The position numbers were made by a program, and so were the translations under genes. A DNA stretch of 63,897 nucleotides, filler included, from Barthelona sp. PAP020 (lineage: Eukaryota), in NCBI GenBank assembly GCA_040182905.1. It is 4 parts of 4 records of this genome, joined end to end, with 100 filler letters (N's around TTAATTAATTAA, not from the genome) between each part and the next. Parts side by side here need not be neighbours in the genome. Positions count along the whole stretch, not along the records: positions 1 to 16,082 come from JARQWU010000267.1; positions 16,183 to 32,116 come from JARQWU010000268.1; 2 more parts are not named here. The stretch is one strand, 5' to 3'. The notes beneath the pieces were generated by a model. That model was not told the origin of the DNA. It saw nothing but the letters and a program-made list of their open reading frames with translations, and searched no databases. Each line of letters begins with the position of its first letter. The stretch's first letter is position 1. Shown here one piece after another: positions 10,902 through 20,260 of the stretch.

Positions 10902-11125
10902 ATATAAACAAAAAAATAAGAAAATGATAAAGAGAAAAAGAAATTTATTTTTGCATTCTAACTTGTTTGAAAGTATCAATAGCAGTATCATATCTGTTCA
11001 ACAAAAATGATATGCTCCTATAAATTAAAATATCCCAAAACGCTTCTGATTTGAAAAAAATTTTCAATACTCAAGTAAAAGGGTGATAATTTCTTTGGAT
11101 GAAAATTAAAAAAAAAACTGAAAAC

Positions 11126-12445
11126 TCAACTACTAAATTTATTATATACCAAATTATCTCCAAATTCTTCATACTCTGCTTTAGATATCCACATTTGCTC
11201 AAAAGCGGGTACAGAACACATAATTGATGCTCCAAAAAAAGAAGAGGCAACTGGATCAATAGGTGTAAAGATCCTTCTGCTAAATCCTTGCATTGTGGCT
11301 TCCAAATCTGATTGTAACCTTTTGACTAAACCTGGTATTTTTGTCATACCTCCAGTAACAACAATACTATTTAAGAGGTCTTTTCGAATATCATTATCCA
11401 ATTTCAACAAACCTTCTTTAACATACGAAGCAATTGGAAAATAATTACGAAATGCCGTATTTCCAGTCATCATTGCAGCTTTGGCAGGTCTTACCAATAC
11501 TTCTCCCAAACAAACTCCAAAAGCATCTGTAGCAAGGGTTTTACCGTCAGGCAATGTGTATGTTTTTGAATTAGTAGTCATAATATTAAATACTTGATGA
11601 AAGTTTTGGATATATTGATCTGCTTCAACATTAGAACCTGATACTCTTACACTAGACCATCGAATATCTCTACACAAATGTGAATACAAATAGTCTCGAT
11701 ATGAATCAGTAGAAGGTTTTCTATCAACTAAAGAAACAGACATCATACTGCGGTCACACATGAGCTTTTTTGGAATAACAGATATTTGTAACTTAGAGAT
11801 GGCATTGATAATAATTTCATCCAACAAAGCTTCTGATGTGTTGATCTTTATTGCACCAGTGTTCAAACATCTTCCATGCCTTACTGGAATAATTGAAGTG
11901 CCAGAAGCACCAAAATTCAAAACATAAGCATCAGATTTGCCCACAGTAAAGGCAGAAAGACAAGGTTGTTTTCCAATGAACATGCAAGGTGCATTACATT
12001 TTTCAAAGAAGAATTGACACAAATGTGTTTGTTGTTTCTTATGAGTTTCCAACACAGGGGATACATCTGAAACAACATAATATGGTTCCGTGTAAAAAAT
12101 AGGAGTATTTTCAAAATCAACCTCAAAACGTTCAATTTCTCCCCGTTCATTTCTTTTTTTTTCAGTCAAACTTAAAATATCAAACCCATATTCTAACATT
12201 TTTTCAAACAAAACTGAATCAGACACAAAAGAATCGGCACCAATTGTTCTCTTAATGTGGCAATTTTCACGATATGTTAATAAATTTGTATCATCAACAA
12301 TGTATTTCGTTGGTTGACCAGTAGTATCATATTCAATGCCCACTTGAGATGATAAAAATAATGAGGGTTTTAATGAGTGTGAAAATCCAAACTTTGTAGT
12401 ATCATAACCTTGATCAATAATCACAGCGTTTGCAGAGAGTGACAT
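11126..12445 (-). CDS. ARP4: Nuclear actin-related protein, ARP4/ACTL6-like
   Basis: Actin fold: AVIIDQGYDTTKFGF, FFEKCNAP, YTLPDG, DLLNSIVVTGG, RLQSDL; the C-terminus FGASIMCSVPAFEQMWISKAEYEEFG resembles ARP4. Confidence 0.8.
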   Translation of the reverse strand: MSLSANAVIIDQGYDTTKFGFSHSLKPSLFLSSQVGIEYDTTGQPTKYIVDDTNLLTYRENCHIKRTIGADSFVSDSVLFEKMLEYGFDILSLTEKKRNERGEIERFEVDFENTPIFYTEPYYVVSDVSPVLETHKKQQTHLCQFFFEKCNAPCMFIGKQPCLSAFTVGKSDAYVLNFGASGTSIIPVRHGRCLNTGAIKINTSEALLDEIIINAISKLQISVIPKKLMCDRSMMSVSLVDRKPSTDSYRDYLYSHLCRDIRWSSVRVSGSNVEADQYIQNFHQVFNIMTTNSKTYTLPDGKTLATDAFGVCLGEVLVRPAKAAMMTGNTAFRNYFPIASYVKEGLLKLDNDIRKDLLNSIVVTGGMTKIPGLVKRLQSDLEATMQGFSRRIFTPIDPVASSFFGASIMCSVPAFEQMWISKAEYEEFGDNLVYNKFSS

Positions 12446-13099
12446 TGAACAATTAAAAGAAATTTAGTGGAATAAAAAAATCACTAAATTATTACAAGTT
12501 TTTACTTCTTTACGCATAAAAAAGAAATTGTTTCATTGTCTCGAGTTCAAAATTGTGCTAAAAAAAAACATAATTTACTGACAAAATTTTAAACTTTCAA
12601 AAAACAAATGAAGGGAACCTAATCACACAAAATAGGATTAAAATAACGTTAACCTATTGTTTGAATCACCAAAATTGTGAGTTATTCAAAACGAAACAAT
12701 TCTACCTTTTCAAAAAAGGTTCAAAAGTCTGTATTTTCTCAAAGCAAAAGGTTTTTTGAAAGAAAAGTGTTCATTTCATCAGTCCCAAATAATTTAAAAG
12801 AGAAATGATACTTGGGAAAATTGCGACACTTTTTTAATTTGAAATAATTGAAAACAATTCATGAAGTGTATTTTCAAGTGAAAAAGTCATGCTGATGTCC
12901 CAATAATTTTTCAGAGAAAGAAGAAGTAAAATGGAAGATGAAATAATTCTTTTGTCTTTGAAATAATATTTTCAATAGCCTTCAAATTTAAGTGTAAAAT
13001 TTTCAAAAGTTGTTGAAATTATGAAAAGAAAAAATAAAACCCGGAGAAAAAAAATTCTTGTCATTTTAATTGAGGTTAATTTTTTTCCAACGACAAAAT

Positions 13100-15871
13100 A
13101 TGACTAAACTAAATGAAAGTGAAGATTATTTTGAAGGAGATTTTATTTCTGGTGTCTTAGAAGATGCTGATTATTTTTTGAAAATGTTATATGAAGTTAA
13201 TTTCAGAAAAATGTTCATGAACATGGTGGAAATATCACCGAAAATAATAAATGTTATAGGTACAATTGTTTCTATGACATGTGAATTGAACTTTGGAAAA
13301 GCGAATTGTTTATTTTTGCTCTCTCGATTGATCAAATTGTTGCAAAGGTTTGAATTTTTGTTGGATAATGATTTTTCATTGTATAAAGATAAGAATTTTT
13401 CTGAAAATTTAGATTATTTTTTGAAAGTTTGTATTTTAGCTCAAGAAATATTTGAATATTTTATTCATGAAGATTTTTTTGTATTTTTAATATTTTCCAA
13501 CACAATAAATCAACTATTGCAAGAAATTCATCGAAAAATGATTTTTTGCTATATTAATTTGGATTTGTATGATTTTAATGAAGGAAATGAAAATGTTTTG
13601 GCACAACAACAAATACGAATTTATAATCAACAGTTTAAAGAAGTTGATGAAAAAAAAATTGCATTGAAAGAATTTGCTAAAGAAAATAGCAAAGAACGTT
13701 TTGAAAAATTTCAACAATTTAGTTCAATCAAAGATATTGATTCCAACAATTTTAAAACCTATGAAAATTTAATTCCAGCAAAAGAATTGAATATCATTGA
13801 TGATTCTATTGAGTTGACTGCATTTGGTTACAGCATTGAAGGGATTTATTCTAATCATCATATTATACTCGATGTTTATGAATCTTTAGAGCTTGAACAT
13901 GTAAAAGCGTTATCATTTGGTTTGAAAAAGAAGCAGTTAGTGAATAGTGTAGAATATGCTAAGAATTTTGGATTGACCACGAATATTGAAGGGAAATATG
14001 GAATTGTTCGAGAAAATTCTCAACAAGATACCATTGATAAATGCATAAAAAGAATGAGCGTTTTTGAAAAATTTTGCTTTTTCCGAAATTTAAGTCGATC
14101 AATTTTGACCTTGCATGAAAATGGTCTGATACATCAGAATTTAAATCCAAAGAATATCTTTTATAAAGAATTCAAAAATGTATGTATTAAAGGCTTTATT
14201 CCTGAGGAGAAATTATTGAATGGTTATTTCGATGATCGTTTTATGATTAAACGATTTTATCCACCTGAAATAATTAGCGAAGATAAAATTAATGCCAGAA
14301 CAGTTGGTGTAGATTCTTGGATGTTTGCATGTGTATATTTTTATGGATTCACCAGAATTTTACCTTATTGTAACATTGAAGATTCAAGAGAAATTTTTAT
14401 AAGCATGATTAATGGGAAGTTACCTTTTGAAATGGGTAATATTAAGGATATTATTGGCTTTGATTTATTGAAGGATTGTTTTAATTATAAACCTGAAGAT
14501 AGACCAACGTTCAATGAAATTGTTGAATATTTTGATAAAATTTTTGAATTAATTGATGATTTCGTTGTAAAAGATGAAGAAATTTTGATTGATGAGAATT
14601 CTACCTTACATGATACCGTAAAAACTGGTAAATTAAATTTAGTGAAAGAATCGATCAATAAAAAGATTGATTTAAACAAACAAGATAATAATGGTTATTC
14701 TCCCTTATATTTAGCTTGTAATAGGGGATACATTGACATTGCTACCTACTTAATTCAAACTGGTGCAGATATTAATATTTCAAATTTTAATGGTAGTACA
14801 CCTCTATTCATTGCATCGTTTAAAGGATATCAAAATATTGTTGAATTATTATTGGAAATGAATGCTAAGACTAATATTAAGAGAAAAGATGGTTGTAGTG
14901 CATTATTTATTGCAGCAAAATATGGAAATTTTGAAATTGTAAAAAAACTGATTGATAGTGGTGCAGATTCAAATATTTTGAACAATCAGAATCAAACACC
15001 TTTGATGATAGCTTGTAAACACAACCATTTTGAAGTTGTTAAGATTTTAACCCCTTGTACAGATGTTGAAAAAGTTGATAACGATAATCAAAATTGTTTA
15101 CATTATGCTTGTATTGGAGGAAATAACGAAATTGTTCAGTATTTATTGAACAGAAATGTTTCAATGATTGAGAATGTTAATGGTGATTTTCCTATTGATC
15201 TTGCATCTTTTCATCATCATTCACGTTTATTTCAAATGCTTAAGAATCATACTTTGCCCAGATATATTGAAAAACATCCTGAAAAAACATCCACTTTATT
15301 TGAAGCGTTGAATAATAATGAATATTTATTGATAAAAGAGTGTTTAAGAAGAGGTACCTCAATAGATATTGTTGATGACAAACGAAGAAGTTTGTTATAT
15401 CATGCTTGCAATATGAGATACACTAGATTGTTCAACTATTTAGTTTTTCATTCCAATATTAATGTTCATCTATGTGATATTCATGGTTACAATGCTTTGT
15501 ATATCAGTTGTATGAGAGGTCATGTCAGGTTTGTGCGGATTTTGTTAGGACTCCAAGTTGACGTTAATCATGTTGCCAAAGATGGATCAACGGCTCTATT
15601 TATTGCTTGTAAGAAAGGACATTTTATTGTTGTACAAATGCTGTTGCATCAAAATGCCAATATTCATCTGTATACTAATGATTCCAATACTTGTTTACAT
15701 AAAGCCGCAGAATTCGGTCATTTGGAGATTGTTAAATTATTGTTGGAAATTGGGGCTGATCCATTTGCTTCCAATGATAAAGATGAAACACCTTTAAATT
15801 TGGCTTTAAAAAGAAATAATGCATCCATTGCAAGACTTTTAAAAGAAGCAATGATCAATTCTGCAATATAA
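13100..15871 (+). CDS. N-terminal helical bundle (MLKL-NTD-like) + pseudokinase + ~13 ankyrin repeats
   Basis: Kinase C-lobe (LHENGLIHQNLNPKNIF, FYPPE, DSWMFA, CFNYKPEDRPTFNEI) with HRD->HQN and DFG->KGF; ankyrin motifs such as GYSPLYLAC, GSTPLFIAS, ETPLNLAL; ATG 13100. Confidence 0.9.
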   Translation: MTKLNESEDYFEGDFISGVLEDADYFLKMLYEVNFRKMFMNMVEISPKIINVIGTIVSMTCELNFGKANCLFLLSRLIKLLQRFEFLLDNDFSLYKDKNFSENLDYFLKVCILAQEIFEYFIHEDFFVFLIFSNTINQLLQEIHRKMIFCYINLDLYDFNEGNENVLAQQQIRIYNQQFKEVDEKKIALKEFAKENSKERFEKFQQFSSIKDIDSNNFKTYENLIPAKELNIIDDSIELTAFGYSIEGIYSNHHIILDVYESLELEHVKALSFGLKKKQLVNSVEYAKNFGLTTNIEGKYGIVRENSQQDTIDKCIKRMSVFEKFCFFRNLSRSILTLHENGLIHQNLNPKNIFYKEFKNVCIKGFIPEEKLLNGYFDDRFMIKRFYPPEIISEDKINARTVGVDSWMFACVYFYGFTRILPYCNIEDSREIFISMINGKLPFEMGNIKDIIGFDLLKDCFNYKPEDRPTFNEIVEYFDKIFELIDDFVVKDEEILIDENSTLHDTVKTGKLNLVKESINKKIDLNKQDNNGYSPLYLACNRGYIDIATYLIQTGADINISNFNGSTPLFIASFKGYQNIVELLLEMNAKTNIKRKDGCSALFIAAKYGNFEIVKKLIDSGADSNILNNQNQTPLMIACKHNHFEVVKILTPCTDVEKVDNDNQNCLHYACIGGNNEIVQYLLNRNVSMIENVNGDFPIDLASFHHHSRLFQMLKNHTLPRYIEKHPEKTSTLFEALNNNEYLLIKECLRRGTSIDIVDDKRRSLLYHACNMRYTRLFNYLVFHSNINVHLCDIHGYNALYISCMRGHVRFVRILLGLQVDVNHVAKDGSTALFIACKKGHFIVVQMLLHQNANIHLYTNDSNTCLHKAAEFGHLEIVKLLLEIGADPFASNDKDETPLNLALKRNNASIARLLKEAMINSAI

Positions 15872-15980
15872 TATTTTTTAATTAATTTCTTTTTAATGAT
15901 TTATAAAAGAAATATACATTTTTTTTTTTTTTTTTTTTTTTTTAATTCTTTTTTTGGGTGCTGATTCCAACAGAATACAA

Positions 15981-16082
15981 TTATTAGATATTTATGAGGT
16001 ATGAGTTGTTCAGTGAACAACGAAACGAGTTAGCTTAAGGTTTGGGGAAAACTCACGTGGATTCAGATGCCCAAGTAACTTA
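15981..16082 (-). repeat. Dispersed repeat family B, copy 2 (runs into the contig end)
   Basis: Reverse complement of 216-317 with few mismatches; palindrome at 16005-16021. Confidence 0.9.
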
Positions 16083-16182
16083 NNNNNNNNNNNNNNNNNN
16101 NNNNNNNNNNNNNNNNNNNNNNNNNNTTAATTAATTAANNNNNNNNNNNNNNNNNNNNNNNNNNNNNNNNNNNNNNNNNNNN
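16083..16182. other. Artificial contig linker (N44-TTAATTAATTAA-N44)
   Basis: Identical 100-bp structure occurs three times; the 12-mer puts stop codons in all six frames. Confidence 0.97.
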
Positions 16183-16284
16183 AACTGAAGAAAATAAAAA
16201 TGAACAAGCCAAGCTTCTCACAAACACTTTGCACAGTGTGACTCAAAGTTTTGATTAAATAGTGCGTTCTTTGTAAATCTTGTG

Positions 16285-16420
16285 TTTTATTCTTCTTCTT
16301 GTACGAATCTTTTCCACACCTTATCTAAATCAGAAACTGGGAATCTCAGTTGATCAATAAATAATAAACCAAACCTTTATTCTTTTCGGGGGGTCCAGGA
16401 TTCCTGAAAGGAACCTCTCT
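16285..16420 (+). repeat. Dispersed repeat family C, copy 1
   Basis: ttcttcttgtacgaa...aaatcagaaactgggaatctcagttga...aataaataataaacc...ctttattcttttcgggggg...aggaacctctc matches the reverse complement of 31532-31665. Confidence 0.85.
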
Positions 16421-17299
16421 TTTTTGAGACCTACTCTTTCATAGGCTTTGGTAGGAGAGCTAAGCCCTATGCGAGGTGTGAAATATTGCATTACTAATTG
16501 CTCAAAAGAGCTTAAAGCTCCGATATTTTTTAAAATTTATCTTAATTGTGTAAGTTTTCATGCATTCACCGTGGCAGATCAAAAATTTGGGGGTATGTTA
16601 AGGAAAAGTTCCGTACCTCGAGGGAAAAAGGAAGAATCGGAAAATTTCGATTCGCCAAAAATAATAGGCTTGTGAACAACCCTCTTTTTTTTATTTATTT
16701 TTGTTTTGAATGTTCAAGGAGGAATTTCAATTTTGATATATTATAGTCCAAACTGAGGGCTGTTTAAAACACAATATAAATTCTTGATACAATTTTAGTT
16801 TTGAAATTTTTAAATACTTCTGATCAGTTAAATTTTATCTTCCATGTGATTTCTTTCTCCTTGCACATTTAAAAGACCAAATTTGAGGTAAATTATGCAA
16901 AAATTGAACAAATCAAATGACGGAACGAATTGAAAATTTTGCATGAGCAAAAATATTGGAATAATTTTGGAAGTGAGAAGTGAGTTTCCATCTCAAATTC
17001 TTGTATTTCTTGTCGTTTCCAAATTTTAGAAATCATATTGAGTGTTATTCTCTGTTTTTTATGTTGAAGACCAAGTTTTGCAAAGAAAAATAAGTGCATT
17101 AAAAAAATTTTATTCTGAGAACGAAAGAATCAAAAAATGACATGTTTCTTTCAAGAAGATTGAATCACAAATGAAAAAGAATTGAGGGAAATTATTTATC
17201 AACATAGAAATGAGTCCTAAATTTTGAAAAATATTGAAAAAAAAACATTTTCAATTAACAAGCTGTTTAAAAAGATGAAGTCTTTTTTTTTTTTTTCCA

Positions 17300-19321
17300 A
17301 TGTCAACGTTTGAGATGTTGGAAAACTTTTTCAAATCTATTAATATTTATTTACCAGAAAAAGAGTTTGAAATAGTTGAAAGAAATGTTGCTATTGGAAG
17401 TGACAGCTTTTTACACCTTGCCAAACGACATGGGAAGCTTGTTATTGTTAAATTCTTCGTTAAAATTATTTCCGAAGATGACCTCACACGAGAATGCTTT
17501 CCCATGGTGTTAGATCACCCATTCATCAGACAAGTCTTTGGGATAACTGAGATTGATGGGAAGAAAGGTATTGTGATGGAATATTGTGATGCAGTTCTTG
17601 AGGAAATGATACTTGAGTTATCTTTGAAGGAGAAGTTGGTTATCTTGATGCAATTGGCCTCTGCTCTTGAGTTTTGCCACTCAAAAGGTGTTTTGCACAG
17701 GGATCTTAAACCAAACAATGTGTTGTTGAAATTGCAGACTGATGGAACTTACACACCAGCTATTGCTGATTTTGGACTTGTGCGTGATGCAAGTAGAAGT
17801 TCTGCCAATACGAAATTTGGTGCAATAAGATATGTTGCTCCTGAGCTGGTGCGTGAAAATGAAATTATTACACAGAAAGCTATTGATGTATGGTCGTTTG
17901 GTGTTATGTTTGCTCAAGTAATATCAGGTCGTGTTCCTTTTGAAGGAGTGTCAGATTTAAGCGTTATAACTAGTTTAGGCAATGGAAAACAACCATATAA
18001 TGATGATATGTTGAATAATTTTCCTGGGTTTGGTATTATTAAAAAATGTTTGAGCTTTGATCCAACTAATAGACCTAATTTTAGCGAAATTACGCAGGAT
18101 TTAAGCACTTTAATTGAGGTTCTTTATGGGTTCGTATTCGAGAATGAAACGTTATCAGGTCAAATTACTGTGTGGAATGAGTTTAGAAAAATGGCTGATG
18201 AGAAAATAATTCAAACTTTGTCAAAATGCTATGGTTTAAAACAAAACAATAAGAAATCGGTGAAATTTGAGGATATATCAGTGACTAACGTGCAAAAGTT
18301 GAGTGAAATGATTGCCAATTTTTCATTGGATCTTGGTAAACAAGGTGATTTAGTTCAAAAATGTGTTGATGTACACCATCAAAAAATCGCAGGTGAAAAG
18401 CCATACAAAGTAGTTCATTCATGTGAACGTTTTTCTATAATGCCAAACTTTGAACAGAATTTTCCTGACCGTCGTATTTATGCCGTTGATTATAGCTCAG
18501 ATGGACGTTTTTTTGCTGTTGCTGGGTATAATAAAAAATTGCTCAGAGTCTACGAATCGCAAACCTATGTAATGGTACATGAAGATCACTATGTAAAAGC
18601 TGTTGGTATTAATTTTAGTCCAGACTCCAAACTATTGGTTGTTGGTGGATCTGGACCAGCAATTCATATCATTAAGGTTGACGATTGGGAAACAGTAAGA
18701 GTGATTACTGATATGGCAAAAGATGTGAAGAATGTTTGGTTTTCACCTGATGGGAAATTGCTCTCAATTGGTATGGCATGTGGTTATGTTTCTATATATA
18801 CTGTCGAAGGCAAGAAATTATATGAATCTCAACATCACAGAAAATATTGCAAATCAGTTCGTTTTAGTCCTAACATGAAATACTTTGCTTCTATTGGCCA
18901 TGATGGATATTCAAAGTTGTTTTCATTGGAGACGTATGAAGAGCTTCACAGTTGGTCTCATGGTGGAAGCTATGTTAATTCAGGCGATTTTTCACCTGAT
19001 GGAGCTTATTGGGCAACGGGGGATGGTTACGGGAACATCAGGATATTTTTGGTGGCATCGGGTAAGTTATCAGCAAAGTTTAAGATTCACCATGGGTGGG
19101 TTAATTCAATTATCTTCTCAAAAGATGGTTCATTAATTTATACTTGTTCAGATGATGAATCAATTGCTATAGTACGAAGAGAGACAGGTGTGGTTTTACA
19201 CAGAGTCGATGTGTCTTGTGAGATTTTTTCTATGGCTCTCAATCATGATGGAACTCGTTTGTTGTGTGGTTGTGTGAATAGAACTAATGCTTCCATTCTT
19301 CAATTTAACAGTTCTGTTTGA
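17300..19321 (+). CDS. TKL-like Ser/Thr kinase + helical linker + 7-bladed WD40 propeller
   Basis: VIVK, HRDLKPNN, ADFG, YVAPE, DVWSFG intact; Gly loop degenerate (IGSDSF); seven blades with YSSDG, FSPDS, FSPDG, FSPNM, FSPDG, FSKDG, LNHDG turns. Confidence 0.93.
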   Translation: MSTFEMLENFFKSINIYLPEKEFEIVERNVAIGSDSFLHLAKRHGKLVIVKFFVKIISEDDLTRECFPMVLDHPFIRQVFGITEIDGKKGIVMEYCDAVLEEMILELSLKEKLVILMQLASALEFCHSKGVLHRDLKPNNVLLKLQTDGTYTPAIADFGLVRDASRSSANTKFGAIRYVAPELVRENEIITQKAIDVWSFGVMFAQVISGRVPFEGVSDLSVITSLGNGKQPYNDDMLNNFPGFGIIKKCLSFDPTNRPNFSEITQDLSTLIEVLYGFVFENETLSGQITVWNEFRKMADEKIIQTLSKCYGLKQNNKKSVKFEDISVTNVQKLSEMIANFSLDLGKQGDLVQKCVDVHHQKIAGEKPYKVVHSCERFSIMPNFEQNFPDRRIYAVDYSSDGRFFAVAGYNKKLLRVYESQTYVMVHEDHYVKAVGINFSPDSKLLVVGGSGPAIHIIKVDDWETVRVITDMAKDVKNVWFSPDGKLLSIGMACGYVSIYTVEGKKLYESQHHRKYCKSVRFSPNMKYFASIGHDGYSKLFSLETYEELHSWSHGGSYVNSGDFSPDGAYWATGDGYGNIRIFLVASGKLSAKFKIHHGWVNSIIFSKDGSLIYTCSDDESIAIVRRETGVVLHRVDVSCEIFSMALNHDGTRLLCGCVNRTNASILQFNSSV

Positions 19322-20260
19322 AACTTCTTTGTTTTATATTCTTGTGATGAATTATTTTATAGTGTAGAGCAAATACGTTTTTCACTTTAGTATTTGTTCA
19401 TAATTTTGGAAATGTAAATTTTTTTTGAACATTTTTGAAGATGGAGAAGCAGGTCAACTTGTAAAGTTAGAGGAATTAGAGGTTTCAAAATCAAAATTGT
19501 ATGTATAAAATTGGTCAAAATTTTCTCTACAAAACTGTTTGTTGAACAAGATATTGACCAATGTTTTAAAGTAGTCTTTTTGAATAACAGCAAAGAGTCT
19601 GTTTTGTTGTTGGGTGTTGAAACGCTTAAATTACAACATTACCTGTTGGTTATATTCAACAATATTAAAAACATGGCTCATTTAACCCAATTATTGGTTT
19701 TTGTAGATAACTATGATTTTATGAACAAAATTTCTCCTTCATCAAATTATCAGAAAATCAGAGCAAATCAAAGCAGGTGCACAATCTATAATTTATAAAT
19801 TTTTAAATATAATTGACTTTTTGAGTTTTTTTTTGTGTAAAAAGAAAGGATATTTATCAAAAACAATAGAAAAAGAGAAAAGAAAAACTGAACCAAAAGG
19901 AAAGATGTTAAAAATTTAACCAATATTTCCACAATTTATTCTTTCCCTTCAAGACAACAATTATTAACAATAAATAAATTTAAGTATGTTGATTAATCAT
20001 ATCCAATCAAAAAATAAATAAGAAGATAATCCATAACTCAAATAGAACATTGAATTGTGTTTAATCCTTGAAAATATTGAAAAAAAAATTTGGTGGGGAA
20101 AAAACAAAATGTACTGTAAAATTGCTTTTATTTTGAAGAATCTTTTATTCTTAGTACTTTTTTAATTAAAACCTTCTTTCATTAGGTATTTATCTATTAT
20201 AATAGTTGTTTAATGTGATTCTTTTAAAAAAAACTATATATCCAATTATTATCGAATCAA

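Noticed and set aside
16448..17099. Short ORFs in the repeat-rich contig start, considered as transposase fragments
   Set aside because: No transposase, reverse transcriptase or Rep/helicase motifs seen; no autonomous mobile element is identifiable anywhere in the window
17300..19321. Bacterial contamination, since kinase-WD40 fusions are common in bacteria
   Set aside because: It shares a contig with a eukaryotic P5B ATPase, has matching AT content, and its paralog lies on a contig with CFAP298 and a spliceosomal intron
19523..19553. About 30 bp of similarity to 36873-36906, both downstream of kinase-WD40 genes
   Set aside because: Short, AT-rich, and in opposite orientation relative to the two genes; I cannot show it is significant
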